Shown here one piece after another: positions 46,425-60,575 of a DNA stretch of 64,000 nt. The position numbers were made by a program, and so were the translations under genes. Every line of letters starts with the position of its first letter. Positions within the stretch are counted from its first letter, which is position 1. The notes under the pieces were generated by a model that was given only the letters and a program-made list of their open reading frames with translations, searched no databases and was not told where the DNA came from. Source of the DNA: Dimorphilus gyrociliatus (Eukaryota; Animalia; Annelida); contig CAJFCJ010000014.1 in the NCBI GenBank assembly GCA_904063045.1, forward strand, positions 1,299,643-1,363,642, written 5' to 3'.

Positions 46425-47636
46425 ATGACAAATTACGTTGAGACGGAGGATGATTTGGAAAAAGTATGGAATTTACAATCAAAAATCTTAAAAGTTGTTA
46501 AAAATTCACGAATATTACTTTGTTTAGCATCAGGAGCTAAAAACAACCTCTTACAGACATTAGACAATCGGGAGAGACCAATTACTTGTTTAGAATTAAG
46601 TAAAAAATGTGATATGGATGAGTCTTATGTAAGAGAGTGGTTAGATATGCTGATAAGCTGCGAGGTAATTGACATAATTGAAAATAGCCGTGTTGAAAAG
46701 TATTGCCTAAGGAAATATGAAGAAAAGTCTCTAATTAGTTTATTAATTTCTATACCGGAATCTCCTAATTTTATGGAAATTCTAGATCGTATTAACGAAT
46801 CATTGAAAATTGATGGACCAAGAGGTTTCCCCTTATCTCTAGTTGGCGAAACCGATGATTACTATTATATAAAAGGTTTCGAAGAAATTTATCCCTGGAG
46901 CGATATCAAATCACCGTACGAAGTTGTTCCAGGTCTTGTCAATCGTTTAAGAGCGGGAATTTCTGTACTAGACAGCAGTTGCGGTTCGGGGTCTTTTATA
47001 TTTAGCGCCGCTAAACATTTTCCCGAATCGATGTTTATAGGCGTCGACTCGTCTAAAGAGGCTATCGAAAAAGCTAAGAAAAGACAGAAGCATTTATCGA
47101 ATGTCGTATTGCTACACTGCAAAGTGGACAAGCTTCCGTTAAACTGGACTAAAAAATTTCACTACATCCGGGCTATAAATTTGCTACGAAAAGTGCAGCA
47201 TCCAAAAAGATGGCTTAGGGAATTATATAGAGTATTAAAGATTGACGGGACTATATCTGTAATCGAACGGGAATTGGGCAACAAATTAGATGACAACACC
47301 CAAGAGAAACCTTTCCCAGTCGTTCCGCTAATACAAGAAGCGGAACATGATGAGAGTGACAAGGATGACTATCCATTCGAGAGTCTAACAATACAAGAAG
47401 CTCAAAATTTGCTTCAAACAATAGGTTTCATTTCAATGTTATCGAGTTTTAATAACTTTTATGAAAGAACCCAAGGTCAAGATCGAGACAAGATAAATTG
47501 CGATGAATTAAAAATTAAAACTTTTCAATTATCCAATAAGAAAGAAGATGAAAACGACGGTGAACAAGAAGGCGGTACTATTGATAATATATATAAACAT
47601 TTTATCTGTACAAAACCGTTAATATGGATGTTTTAA
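46425..47636 (+). CDS. SAM-dependent methyltransferase with N-terminal winged helix, Rv2258c-like, intronless
   Basis: wHTH segment ELSKKCDMDESYVREWL; VPGLVNRLRAGISVLDSSCGSG (motif I); acidic motif II GVDSS; post-motif LKIDGTISVIE. Confidence 0.8.
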   Translation: MTNYVETEDDLEKVWNLQSKILKVVKNSRILLCLASGAKNNLLQTLDNRERPITCLELSKKCDMDESYVREWLDMLISCEVIDIIENSRVEKYCLRKYEEKSLISLLISIPESPNFMEILDRINESLKIDGPRGFPLSLVGETDDYYYIKGFEEIYPWSDIKSPYEVVPGLVNRLRAGISVLDSSCGSGSFIFSAAKHFPESMFIGVDSSKEAIEKAKKRQKHLSNVVLLHCKVDKLPLNWTKKFHYIRAINLLRKVQHPKRWLRELYRVLKIDGTISVIERELGNKLDDNTQEKPFPVVPLIQEAEHDESDKDDYPFESLTIQEAQNLLQTIGFISMLSSFNNFYERTQGQDRDKINCDELKIKTFQLSNKKEDENDGEQEGGTIDNIYKHFICTKPLIWMF

Positions 47637-48385
47637 AAACAAGAGATAAATCAAAAACCAGAATATAGTTTATAATATTTCATGTTTTTTTTTTTAAAAA
47701 AAATTATTTAAAAGAATGACTAAAATCGAAGAAGAAAAAAAAGTCATTATCTCTCAATTAAACAAGATTTCCTTTCACTAATAAAAAAGAGCAAAAAAAG
47801 CAGAGTAAAAAGTATAGATATACGTAAAAAAAGATGCTAAAATAGGAAAAAAAGAAACAAATTATGAAACATATGAAGAAATTGTCTTCTTTCTCATTTT
47901 CAAACTTTCGTTTCCTTCGTTTTTTTCTCCCCTTCTTCTCTCTTCTCTCTCTTCTCTCTCTCTCTCTTTCCCTTTCAATCATCTCAGCAATCGTTGGGAA
48001 AGACTTAAAAAATTTACAAATTGCGTTGCAAACCTTCGAGATAGACAGAAGAAACAAAAAAAAGCGTATTGTGCACTTGTAGAGAGAGAGAGAGAGAGAA
48101 AGAGTTAGTTAGTTATGTAACACAAAAAAAGGTAGGGAAGACAAGAGGGACAAAAAAAAATCAATAAAATGGTATTATTATAATGACAAAGAGAAAACAA
48201 AATATAATTAAAACAATACCGTCGAACAAAGAAAGATTAAAGTCTTTTCGTATGTGTTTATACGCATAAACTCATACGTGCAATATATAATATGTACAGA
48301 GACATCGGTGCATCTTCATCGTTTAGTATGGATGCTTCTTGTCTTTTATTTTTTTTATTTTTGTTTCTATATCGCATTAATGAGG

Positions 48386-50472
48386 TTAGACGTTTGAAGT
48401 CAAAACATCTTCCAAAAATTTATCTTTTGAGAGCATATTCTGTTCGAAAATATAATTGTTTTAATAGTAACAATAACAAAGATTTATTGAATAATTTCTT
48501 CTTACCGTTAAGGCGTTTATATCATTTGAAACAGTACCAATTTCATTTGAACTTCCGTTCCTTATTGATGAAGTTGGTGTAAAATCTTTATTTAATGGAC
48601 AGACTAATTCCTCTGGATCCTGCTCCGATCGGGAACGTTTATGACTGAAGAGTTGGACTAGCTTTGGCTTTACTCTTACTTTTTGGGAGGAGGATAAGGC
48701 AACGTAACCTGGCTGATTTTCGGCCTCTCTTTTCGACATTTGAACGTCGTTTCCGACTAATGTAATGAAATGAGTATTCAAATGTCGTCTAATAAGGGTT
48801 TTACTTTGAGGAATAGATAATATGGAAGCTAATTGTTCAGAGGTAAATCTTGGTTCAAGAACCATTAGAGCTCCGTGTACTCCGGAACCCCTCAAGTTTG
48901 CCGTATATTCTGACAAGTCTATCGATCTTAGCCAATCCATGACACGATGATTTGACCAAAACATGACTCTCTCAGCACCCGTTTGCGAACCATTGCCAGG
49001 TCGCCTAATCATGTAACTAGTATCAAATTTATTTAACCTAAGTAATTGTATGGCTCGAGAGATAGAGGCGTGATGTAAGGCGGAAGTTACTCGGACCGAA
49101 ATGAGATCATCAACAGTCATTTGATGTAGCACTCTACCATCGATACGGGCTTCGCTGAATGCTTCCTTATATTGAGGTAGTCCAATATCGTCCAACCATC
49201 GCGAAACGCAGTGATGATCGAATCTGGCAATAGAGGGCGGTTCAGCGCCTTTCGGGCTAGAAGCGGCAACGGCGGCTAATAAAAGTTTCTTCCTGTGCAG
49301 CGGATGCTTCATACCCAACTCTTTTTCCAAATCATGAGGCGTTGCATTCTTAAGCCATTCACCGGTTCTGCCAAATCTCTTACACGTAATTACATACTGA
49401 CTTAAACCCAAAGAATGAAGCCAGGCGGCTAAACGATCCGAATCCCATAGTTCGAAAGCCAAATCGTCGTCCCTCGACCAACCTAACCGAGGGCCGGCCG
49501 TCGCTCTTAAAGCATTCCTCTTAAATTCATCGGTTGTCTCTAAATCAAGATCTTGAGAGCTACTACGCCGAAGCCTAAAAAGAGAACGAGATGGTAAAAT
49601 AGATAAAATGCTTAAAAGATAGATGTCAAACAATTAAACATGTATAGTGATAATTGAATATAAAGAATTTCGATGAATAGCGTATATGTAATACCTTTGA
49701 AATATTTTTTTAATTGTCTTTTTCTTCTTTCGCTCATGCGAATTACTGTCAAGACCGTTACTTCCACCTCCATTAAACTGTCTCTCTTGACGTTGTTGAA
49801 TAAGGCGATATTCGGCGGCCAATTCATCCTTTAAAGCTTCATCATCCGTATCAGCTCGGGCTGTCAAAGATGAAAAGTAAAAAGAGTTTAGCAACATTTA
49901 GGCTTTGTAAATGATATACTTCTTAATTTTAATTTATAGGCATTAAAAACTGAACAAGTATTAATCGGATTAATCGACTAATTATTCAAAGAGTATATAT
50001 TTCACTATATTGTAGGCAGTAGTAGGAGTAGTAATAGCAATTTAAAGGACAAGACAGTTTTAAAACGCTAAATATCAATGGATCATGCTCTATTTAACTA
50101 TTTTCTCTTTCTTTTCCCTTCATTCACGCGCACACAGAAACACGCATTCACACACTCTCGTTACAATTATCCCTATCCTTTTCTCTATCCCTCTCTTCCC
50201 TTTCCATTCCCTCTCTTTCCTTTTTTATTAATAGTTTGATAAGAATTAAAAAGATATTAAAAATTAATATCATGCTAAGCGGCGCATAGAATAACTTAAA
50301 GTATTATTGTTATTATTATATTATTATGTTAGTCGATTGAATAAGGGAGCAAAATTTTGTTGTTTTTTTTTTGTTAGAAAATGTGCTCTTTCTAAAAGAT
50401 AAATGCTCCTTTCATTATTCTAAATTGTTTTTTAATCTCTTTTTTATATCTATCTATCTACATAAATGTATG

Positions 50473-50508
<36 letters not shown>

Positions 50509-53500
50509 TGTATACATCTGCCCATGCCGTATTCACCTAAACTTGGCGCTGATGAACTCCATCTGCTCGGTTTCGACCTAAATAAACTTTTGCCGAAATT
50601 ACTCAAAGTCGTATATGCGTTTGACGGTGGCATTTTTCGGCTATGATTTCTAGTTAATGAGGAAGTTACGGGACGCCATAATTGTAAACTTGCCGATGGC
50701 GTAGTCGTCGTTGTCGATGGTAACGTACCGTAATCTCTACGTGGTGGCGTAGGACTCTCGATGTCAGGTGTTAATTGTTCAAAAGAGGAAGATTTTGTGA
50801 CGGTATTGCAGGAAGAGGACGGCGAAACGCAAACGATTGTTGAGGGAGGACTGAGTATCCCAGATTCAGTTAAAACCGCGGGAGGTTGGGTAGATCCATT
50901 CCGTAACGTCGTCAATTTTGTCGACGCAAGGGGTTGCACAGGAGTACTCGTAGCACCGGGAGGGGGAAGACGGGCATTATTTGCATTTTCTGCAGGTAGC
51001 CTTCTAGATCTGAAAGCCCTCCTTAAATCTTCAAGTTCTCTGTCTTTAGCAGCGTTTGATTGTAATAACTGTTCGACAGACCGACGTAATCGATCAACTT
51101 CTGCATCTAAAAAATTAATATCTCAATAAATTTCTCAAATACCCCTGATATATATATTGTATATATAATACAATTAATTGTTTTTACTATAACTAGTATA
51201 ATCTAATTAATCTAAATATAATAGTTTAGCGCTAAAGCACCTCTAATTAAATCAATTATAGACAAAAGAAAAATACACACACACACACACACATTTATAC
51301 ACGCAAGAATTAGCTTCTTAATTATTTCGTTTAATATTAAAATGTTTTAAAAAAAGAAGATCGAAAAAATCAAAAAAAAAAAAAAAAAATCAATTAAGAG
51401 AGAATATTAAAGAAACGGAAAATAAAATATAGGTTAAATTAATTTAATTATTAAAAATAATAATCATTATTATTGAATTAACGTGTTGTTTTCATTTTTT
51501 TAAAAAAAAAATTGAGAGAAAAAAAATGATCAAAGACAGAAATAATGACAGAAAGAGAAAAATTGATTTTTTTTTCTTCTTCTTCTTCTTCTTCTTCTTT
51601 TTCATCATCATTATCATCTTATTTTAGATTGGGAAAGTAAAAATAAAAAAAAAAAAGTTTCCATTGTTTATTTGTTTGTTTCCTCCGTTCGGTTTGTTTT
51701 GAAATTAGAGCATTAAAAAAAAATCAGATAAAAAAAAAGATTTCTTATAGAAATGTTTACAAATTGTTTACATATGTATATAAAATAAATAATGACTAAA
51801 GCGACACCGTGTAGATAACACTGTTTTAGGCTTACGTTTTCGTTTCAATCTCTCCAAAGTCCTTTCTCTATCCAATGTACGATTAGTTTGAGACATATCT
51901 GTAAACAAAGGTTTTGGGATTTTTTGGTTTTTTGGTTTTTTTCATTTTTTTGTCTATTTTATTTTTGGTACTGTTTTTTTTATTTTAAGGTAGTAATGTA
52001 GGTCAAAAAAAAAAAAAAGAATGTATTGTTCATTCTTTCAACTACGCCCATTGCCTATTATTACTCCATCTCTTAGATTCCTCCTACGCTTTCACCTACT
52101 TTTCACAGGCATATTTGATATCGTTTTGGAATGAATCTACTGTATATACTAAAATATACAGTATATATTGCTAAATTGCTTATTAAATTATTTAAATCTC
52201 CTTTTTTTTTCTCTCGGTTAGTAAATAAAAAAAAAGGACGAAAATAATAATTAAAAAAAACTGGCGTTCTAGGGATTCTGGAAGGACACCGCAAATACTG
52301 ATAACGCAGCCAGAATACCTTGAAGCGCGCGCTCCATTTCACACTCGTACACTGTTGAACAGGCCGAATCGGCTTTCATCTCACCTGGAGAAGAATGCGG
52401 ACTTAAAAGAGAACTGGCGTCGTAGGCCGCCAAACGTGCTTTCAATTCTGCAACCTCCCTTAGGCGTTGCGTCAATTTTGCTCTAGTCTCCTCCGAACTG
52501 GATTGAACAAATTTTAATTGTTCATTCAATTCTCGCCTTTCTTTTTCGGAAGTTGCCAATTTCAGTTTCAAATTAGAAATCTCAGCCATCAAATCTAACT
52601 TATGAGTTTCGGCGGCTGTCCGACTAAGCAATTCCTGTTAGAAAATAGAAAAAAATTCCATTAAACTAAATATTTTTCCAATAAATTACCTTTATAACGT
52701 ATATTTTCTATTGAACACGAAGGGGCGTAGAAAGGTGACGGAAGGTTAGATAGCAGATGGAAAATAGGCTATTTATTTCCTTGAGAAAAAACGTCGCCTA
52801 CATCCGGTTAATTATACACATAAAACCCCCGTAAATACATACTATACGTTTACAAGTGACGGGGACTGACGCTGGAGGAGGATTTGCCACGTAATACTTT
52901 TGACTAAAAAGCATAACTGTAAAACAAAAGAAGGAAGAGAGGGGCGTTTAGCTGTCCATATACAGACCATCTGCTCTCTATTTCACTCTTATTTTTTCTT
53001 TAATATTATATATATTAACTGTATTCATTACTGTGTATGTCATATATAAATATTAACTCCCTTTTTAAGTTGACGTTGAGCTCGTGTCATCGTTGAGCGA
53101 CCTCGTATAAACCTAATTGTCGCACATATGGCAGTTTTATAGGCCTAGAGACACCGGCTAGAAGAAAGGGGTTACTACCACCTGTCGTCTTATTTCGTCG
53201 ACTACTGCTACAACTACCCACTTGTGGTAGTTTTTTATATATATATATAAGCATATAAAGAAGAAAAGGGAATAATGGTAGTAGTTTAAGCTGAAAAAGT
53301 AGACACACATAGGCAATTTCACAGATTTTCAATAAGATTACATAGATTGCCAAACAGATGGGCTTAAGACGAATTTCCTATAGGAAATAAGAGACTATTA
53401 CGTAGTGCGAGTTGTGTATAGTAACATTTACTCTTACGGTATTCTAGCTAAATCGATCCCTATCTTATTGGGGACCAGGCGCCAGAATATTTTTAAACGA

Positions 53501-56500
53501 CTCGTGCCAGATGTTCAAATCTCCACCTCCTCGATAAAACCTCATTTTAAACTATGCATAACATATATTCTGATTTATGATACGTAATAAATAACTGATA
53601 TGAAATCAGTTACAGTAGTTACAGTAGTTAATTATAATAAAAGATAAGCTATACTTATTTAATAGAATAATTAGCGATGAACATCAATAATACATTTTAA
53701 AAAAATACCTTAAAATATACATTTGCCGTTCGTGAGGCGAAAGGAGAAAAGGGCTGCTCTCCCGCGGCATGAATCCTACCACGTTTACCAACGCAACCGC
53801 AAAAGGCGTTCATCACACGCATCTTGCATCAACGAAGCGTCGTCGTCAAATGCCTTCTGAATGGAAGGAGGGAGAGAGCTAGCGGTATGTACTTAGGGGG
53901 GTTGGTGGGTGAATAACGGCGGGGGGGGTTTGGGATACTTTTACCCATGAGGGGCGGATATACGTACATCCCCAACCGTGCTAGGTCATTGGATGTGAAC
54001 CGCGCCGCCCCCTGCCTTTTCCCCTCGTTTATTCCTAGTCCTGAAAACTGACCAGCTGCCGTCCTCCCCCTCATAAAAAAACGACGGGGCGGATCCCCAT
54101 ATACATGAATGAGAGAATTCTCTCACGAAAAGCGCGTGCCACAGTAGCATTCACTCTCTTCTTGATAGAAAGAACGTAATTACAAGCCAAAGCGTGTCGC
54201 AGGTGCTTTTGGGACCGTGACTTGATAGGTCACCATCAAGGGTTTTTTACTTAAAAGCCCTTAAAGTTTGATTTCCCAACACCTTATAAAACGAAGTAGA
54301 GTGCTTGCGGCGAAAGTCACCCTTCTTTTTTTCTTTCTTCCGCTCTCGACCGATAAATGTTCTATAATATTTTCAAGCGATTAAAAGGCGGTACAGATCG
54401 AAGCTAATAGATTTCTAAAGAGACAAAACGTTCTTTCAATCCTTCTTTTCTTTTTACAAATATTACCCGCCAAAGGGCTTTTACCTTCTCCTCTCAACTA
54501 CCCTAAATTTACAAGCAACGGAATACGACATGATAGAAAGAAAGAGCGGAAGGAGAAAATACGTGAAGGAGGAAAGGGTCAACTTTAGCACCTGTCTCCT
54601 ACCTATCGCAATTTTTCCATTCTGGACATCGGTCAGTTTGCGCACCTGTCGCGTGCGCTTCCTACGAGTACATGCCTATTGTTCACCATACTAATCGCTA
54701 CCCTTATCGTATGGACACTTTGCAAAATTTAGTTTCTAGCCTATAATAAAAGAAATTCAGCCTATAGCGTCCCTCCCATTTTCTTATCCAATTAAATCGA
54801 ACAAAATTCCCTTGGAAACGAGTACAAATATTTAAGAAGTGAGAGAACGATGGTACCTTCTCTCTCTCTCTTTCGATGGGAACGACTTTTTTCGCAGTCT
54901 AGAGCCAATAATAATCAAATTCAAAAAAGAGAGGGTCTATAGGGTGAAAACTCTTGAATATTTAAAATGAGAAAAAGTTGGAAAGAGCAGGTGTTTATTG
55001 GTCTGGAGGGGGTTCGAGATTGTATATTTATCTACAAGATTTTTATACTATATAGATACTAGGGGGGGGTAGTTTACAGTCTGCTTCAATAATACAAGTA
55101 GTTATTTTTATTAGATTAATTACAAACGTAAGATGGCAGCACTTTGCATTAGAAATCAGAAGTACAGTAAGAGAATCCTACAAAACGAGTATGTTTTCCT
55201 ATTCGGACAAAACTTCTAAATTTTCAGTAAGGCTATTCGAAACAGTGTACGCCAGAGAAACTTTCTAAAAATAAAACACCTTATGTTTATATATATATAT
55301 ATATATATATATACTATAATATAGTAAATGAAAGGTATATTCGAATAGATGCCGTATATATGCAGCGTATATAAATACATATTTTTACTTCAAATGTACA
55401 GACTATATCCCTTGTATATATATACATAGTTTCCTCTGTGTATTTAATAAATACTTATAAATACCAAAAGAATTCATAGGTGTCTCTATACCCTCTCTTT
55501 ACTTTCTTTTATATAATACTGTAAAAACAGTAGTGTTAAGTTTATACTGCATGCATATATATATATATATATATTTATATATAAACTGTGCATACTGCAT
55601 ACGTATGTATATCACATACACACACGCTTAGCGTTAATCTCTAACAGGCATATTCCACTTGAAATGGAACGTTTGGTCTGTATAAAGCCTTCCCACCGAA
55701 ATGCAACCGTTTATTACTAAAAGCACCTAATAAATCGTCTATCTCATATATTTACTCGAATTACAAACGCGCGGCGGTTTTCGTCTCGTTCGTGACATGA
55801 AGTAAAAACAAACAAAATGGAACAAAAATTCTTGACGGATACAATACATTTGCAAACAAGTTTGGCGGGCGATAGAAAACGAAAAAGAGTTTTGAGATTA
55901 TGGTGGAATAGTGGAAAATAACGGTAGAGATTTTTGTGGTTGGCTGTGGTGGTGGTGGCAATGATTATGGTATTCGAAGTTAAGGCAGTGGTAATAGTGT
56001 ATAATAGGTTGAAAGTTAGTAAAAACTTTTTCTAATATTTATACTTATAATAATAATATATAAATGGATATAGTCTTGCACATATATACCGAAAATACCT
56101 GTTTTATATTTACAAGTGTACTATTTAATGTATATAATGGTTGGGGAAGGGAAGGAGGAATTAGGAAGTTGAGGGGGGAGGAGGGGATTAAGATTGGGAA
56201 ACGAATAGATAAATTGTACCGTAAGCGCTAGCCATCGGCGTTCGAGTATGAGACCGTCGCTCCGGCGTTTATACATTGTAGATAAAAGAGCCGTGGAAAA
56301 AAAGAGATGGGGTTGGGAGAAGAGCGAACTACTATTATACTAGCCCGCCTGGCAAACACGTGTACAAACTTACTTTCTGCAGGAAATGCTGCGCCCTGGC
56401 CAGTTGCGTTTGCCGTTCGTCGGCGCAAAGTTGAACATCGCGCAATCTGACCGCCTGACTATCCAGTTGGTCGTTCAACATGGCCACTTGAAACATCAGG

Positions 56501-57943
56501 GCCTGTTTGTCACGCTCTGCTCGTCTGATTCGTTCAGCAGTTATCTGTTGTAAAGAATTGAGTCGCGGTAACGAATTTGGCCGTCGTTTATCCATTTGAG
56601 TAAACGTTGTTCTTCCTTCCCTCTCTCTCTCTTCTATTGGAGGGTAGAACGAAGATACATGGGGAAGAAAGAGTAGGAGAGAGAGAGAGAGAAACAAACA
56701 GAGCGAGAGCGAGAGATAGCGAGAGGAGGGGGAGGAGCCAAGGAGATACAGAAGGAAAAAAGAAGCTCGGTAGAAGGCGATAGGGACACCATCTACCTGA
56801 CAAACTTCTTCCAGATGGCGCCACCAGGCAACGACGACGACGACGACAAGAGAACGGAAAACAAAAAACGAACGCGAGATAGAGATAATGGGCAAACATG
56901 CGACGGACGACAAATATAAACGTGCACAACATAAAATATGCAAGCAAGCGGCGGTTCACCGTCCCGGATAATACCGACCTTTTTCTCTTCATTAATCCAA
57001 TTCTGTAGGAATAAGCGGGTCTCCGGTTGCATTATGTTTAAAATTTTCCTCCGCAATCCAACTTCTTCATTCTCAAGAGTCAATTTTAAATCCTCTGCCA
57101 AACTGAACGCTCTATTTTCCGTATCTCGTCCATTAGACGTCGCGCACCCGTCTCCGGCCTTTCCTGTTTGAAGAAACGTTTTATTTTTTTTTGTGATCCT
57201 CTCCGTCTCTATTGCCAGTCTTAAAAGTACAAACACGAATAAATATCTTGTATCAATTCTGACGAATCTTTCTTTTTTCGATTAACGGTCGTTTACAACG
57301 ACCAATCAAGCCTATAGTGTTATTGATGCGAATTTAATAATAGCTCAACCTTTTCCTCTTTAAATATACATAGAAAAATATTCCGTTGTTTTATTTTATA
57401 TACAAGTATGTAATTTTAATTTTATCTATATACTTAACTATTTAATCGTCCATTTTATCACTAATTAATAAGGATTTATCTTTAAAATCATATATCACTT
57501 TCTAAATCATGCTATAAAACTCAAAAGAAATTTTTTCTTTCTTTCCTTGAAACTCATAAATTATCAAATGGATACTTTCAACATCTCAACATTTATATAT
57601 AAAATAATAATTAATAAATGAATAAAAGTGATTAATTAACTAGTTTTTCTCTCTTTTCATATGAAAATAATAATAGCGCGGTATCCTATCTCCTATTCAA
57701 TTGGTAGCTTTAAATAAATATACGACACTGAGCGGTATAAATTATATGTTGATATTCGTAATAACTCTGAAAACAATTTTCATCCTGAGAGAAATTATAC
57801 CAGCTTTAGGCCTATACATAGACAATGCGGTATAGATACGCTAATCCTTGCATATACACGTTATTCAAATGGATCAATACTACTTGCATAATTTTTGTAT
57901 GAGAACACTTACTAGCTGAATCGTTTGACGAACCAGGTGCCAT
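48386..57943 (-). CDS. PPFIBP1: Liprin-beta (PPFIA-binding protein)
   Basis: N-terminal RAFSLAEDLK exon; coiled coil AERDKQALMFQVAMLNDQLDSQ...LLSRTAAETHKLDLMAEISNLKLKL; three tandem SAM domains (48461-49633 ORF). The final exon at about 48386-48439 encodes NMLSKDKFLEDVLTSNV*, the liprin-beta SNV end. The start exon (MAPGSSNDSA, ATG 57943, gtaagt donor in matching phase) is less certain. Confidence 0.9.
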
Positions 57944-60181
57944 GATCCTCTTCTAAAATTAACTTGATAATATTATAGTTGGTCGGTGGTGTATACAAAA
58001 ATAAGGGGAGGGAGGGGGAGGGGAGAGAAAAATCAATTGGCGTCCGTTTTTTTATAGTCGCACTGCAATGTAATTTAAATCAAAAAAAAATAAAAAGAAA
58101 GCAAGAAAAAGAAGAGAAAGAAGAACTTTAATTTATACGTTTGTTTGAATAAGAAAGAACAAAAATTACTTACATCTAATAGTGTTGTTTGTCCTTTTTT
58201 AGAAGTATTTTCTTCTATTTTCAGTTTCCTGTATAATTTAGAACAATCAACTATAAACAGGAGAAAAAATAACGAACAGAGGAAAAGTTATTAGGAATTC
58301 GTAATAATTTAAAAATCTATAAAAAACAATAGATCAATAGAAACAAGTAAAAATTCATTTCTTATTCATTTGCAGTCAATAGATATGAAAGTGGCGTAAT
58401 ATTTGATAAACGCCATACTGATAATTATAATGATAAGTCAGACTAAAGTTAGGAGCCCACCTACGCGTTTATTTCATGTTGTTTGCAAGCTTTTCCGGTC
58501 TACGACAGTTTCGATTTCATATCGATTTACAATATTGACTTTATCGAAAATAGCCGAAAGAAGAAACGCTTCACCTAATCGCTAAAGGGTGTTTGTAACT
58601 GAAAAAGTTTACCTAAACGGATACTTACGTTTTATAAGCGGTACAGACTCAAAATCAAGCTTGATCGAATCTCTACAAACTCAATTATAACTTTGAATAA
58701 TAATTTTCTGACGATCTTTATGAACGAGGAGCCAAAATTAACTTTTTCTCTCGCTACCAATGCGCTTTGTTTGATATAATTGGTGTTCCGTGTCTCAGCG
58801 CTTAAACATCTATACTATAGTAAAAAGCGCCCAGTAGAAAATTTCTATACAATAGTATTAAAAACGAAAAGCGCTCTCCTGGTTCGCTTAGTGCGCTGAG
58901 TAATAGCTTGGACCACTTCCGGTTAAAAATCGCCATCTATCAGACATTGTAGAAATATTAGCTTTAGTTTACACATAATTAAGAGTAAGTCATTGTTCAC
59001 TTGTATCTTGATAGCAAAGTATAAAGAAAGAAGGTGAAACCAACAACAACAAAAAAAACTTCGTTAAACTAGTTAGCGAATGTATGCTACCTCATTAATA
59101 AAATTTTGATGCAATTATCGTTTGTAACTGTCACATTATGTTGTTAAAAAAAAGAAAATAATGTAAATATTAGTATCGGAAATAATACTTCTAGAATGCT
59201 ATACTATCTCAATTTTATCGTAAGTTACCTTTTCAAATTTGACTCATCGATTAATTGGGAAAGGCAAAACCTTTTGTATAAATATTACTTTCCCATATTG
59301 TTTGAAATCCATTAATAAGAGTATAAACTTTATTTAGGCCTATGTATTTATAAGCATCGAAGACAGTAAACGGAAATTTTATCCGGTATTTGTATTTTTA
59401 ATAAAAAAAAGAAAGACGTTAATTTCTCTCTCTATCTTATTCTTTATATCCATTTATCTATCCTAATATATACTGTATCTACCTCTATTTATTCTTTACA
59501 ATCTACGGACCATTATCGCATGCTCTTTTAGCGAATTTTTTATTTTATACCATTATTGTATAGTCTATATCTATTGACATTTAAAAAAAAAGAGAATAAG
59601 AGAGATTTATGGCATCGTTTAATCATTAAAACTTTTAGGTAATTACATTGATTGTTCACTTGTAATAAGATTAAGCTTTAAAATATATAAAATCTTAGGA
59701 TATTGTTCCATACAATACGTCTCTTTAATTACGCTCAAAGTAATTTGTATAATATTTTCTTACCAACCCCATTGTAAATTCATTTGAAATATAGGTCTTG
59801 ATTGTTGCGCCGAACGATCAGAAATCCAAATAATACGTTTGCAGATATTGTAACGTTGTATTTATTATAATTTAACAATATGAGTCAGACTAATAAACGT
59901 TATGGTACCATATGGTTGGTAGCTAATGAAATAAACAAAACGTCCTCTTAGAGGCTTCTTGAATTTAGCGCCGCTGGAAATAGGCAAAACACACATGAAA
60001 ATAATGTAAATAGGTTTTATAAAAATTCCCTTGTCTATGTTAAATTTTTTGATTTTATGAGATCGGAATACCTAACCTGTCCATCAGTTTTTTTACAACT
60101 TTATTTTATCTTATTGATTATCGCTCAAAATTCATCTCTTCTTTAAATAATTAATACACTGCCTTTTCTTTGGATTATAAC

Positions 60182-60430
60182 ATGAATGAAGAGGACATAC
60201 GAAATACTCGTGTATTCTTACGAGAGAGATTTTTACAGCTAATTCCATCCCTTAGCGGACAATCAGCGTCATTTCACTTGTATGATGGTTTGACTGTGCA
60301 AGCAGAATTTCACGGATTAGATTTGGACGGAGAATACTTTCTTGCAACAAATCTTCAAACGCCTATAGGCGAAAAAAAATCTGCTCTTTTACGATCTGGA
60401 GATGTTTATTCCGTAAAAGTATCAATATAA
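60182..60430 (+). CDS. GEMIN7: Gem-associated protein 7 (SMN complex, Sm-like fold)
   Basis: RVFLRERFL...SFHLYDGLTVQAEF...DLDGEYFLATNLQTPIG...ALLRSGD is the Gemin7 pattern. Single exon. Confidence 0.9.
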   Translation: MNEEDIRNTRVFLRERFLQLIPSLSGQSASFHLYDGLTVQAEFHGLDLDGEYFLATNLQTPIGEKKSALLRSGDVYSVKVSI

Positions 60431-60575
60431 TAATAAAATAACTCTTTTGAACAATAACAACTGGTTTTTTTGCCTTTTCTATTTCAGCTGTTAGAATGTT
60501 TACTTTATGAATAAAAAACTCTTTTAAAGCAATTACATCGTTGATATATTTTACAATTAGAACCACATATATTTA

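Noticed and set aside
5590-47362. Short ORFs antisense to or overlapping real genes (e.g. 5590-6184, 9930-10235, 16318-16695, 34675-35094, 46889-47362)
   Set aside because: They are shadows of long coding frames on the other strand and carry no motifs.
47758-48057. ORF VCNAICKFF...ERERER as the last liprin-beta exon
   Set aside because: It runs into a microsatellite; the exon at about 48386-48439 gives the expected SNV* end.
50761-51129. 122-aa plus-strand ORF
   Set aside because: Antisense to a liprin-beta coding exon.
53829-54074. 81-aa GC-rich ORF in a liprin-beta intron
   Set aside because: No domain and no in-frame donor linking it to the gene; more likely regulatory or UTR sequence.
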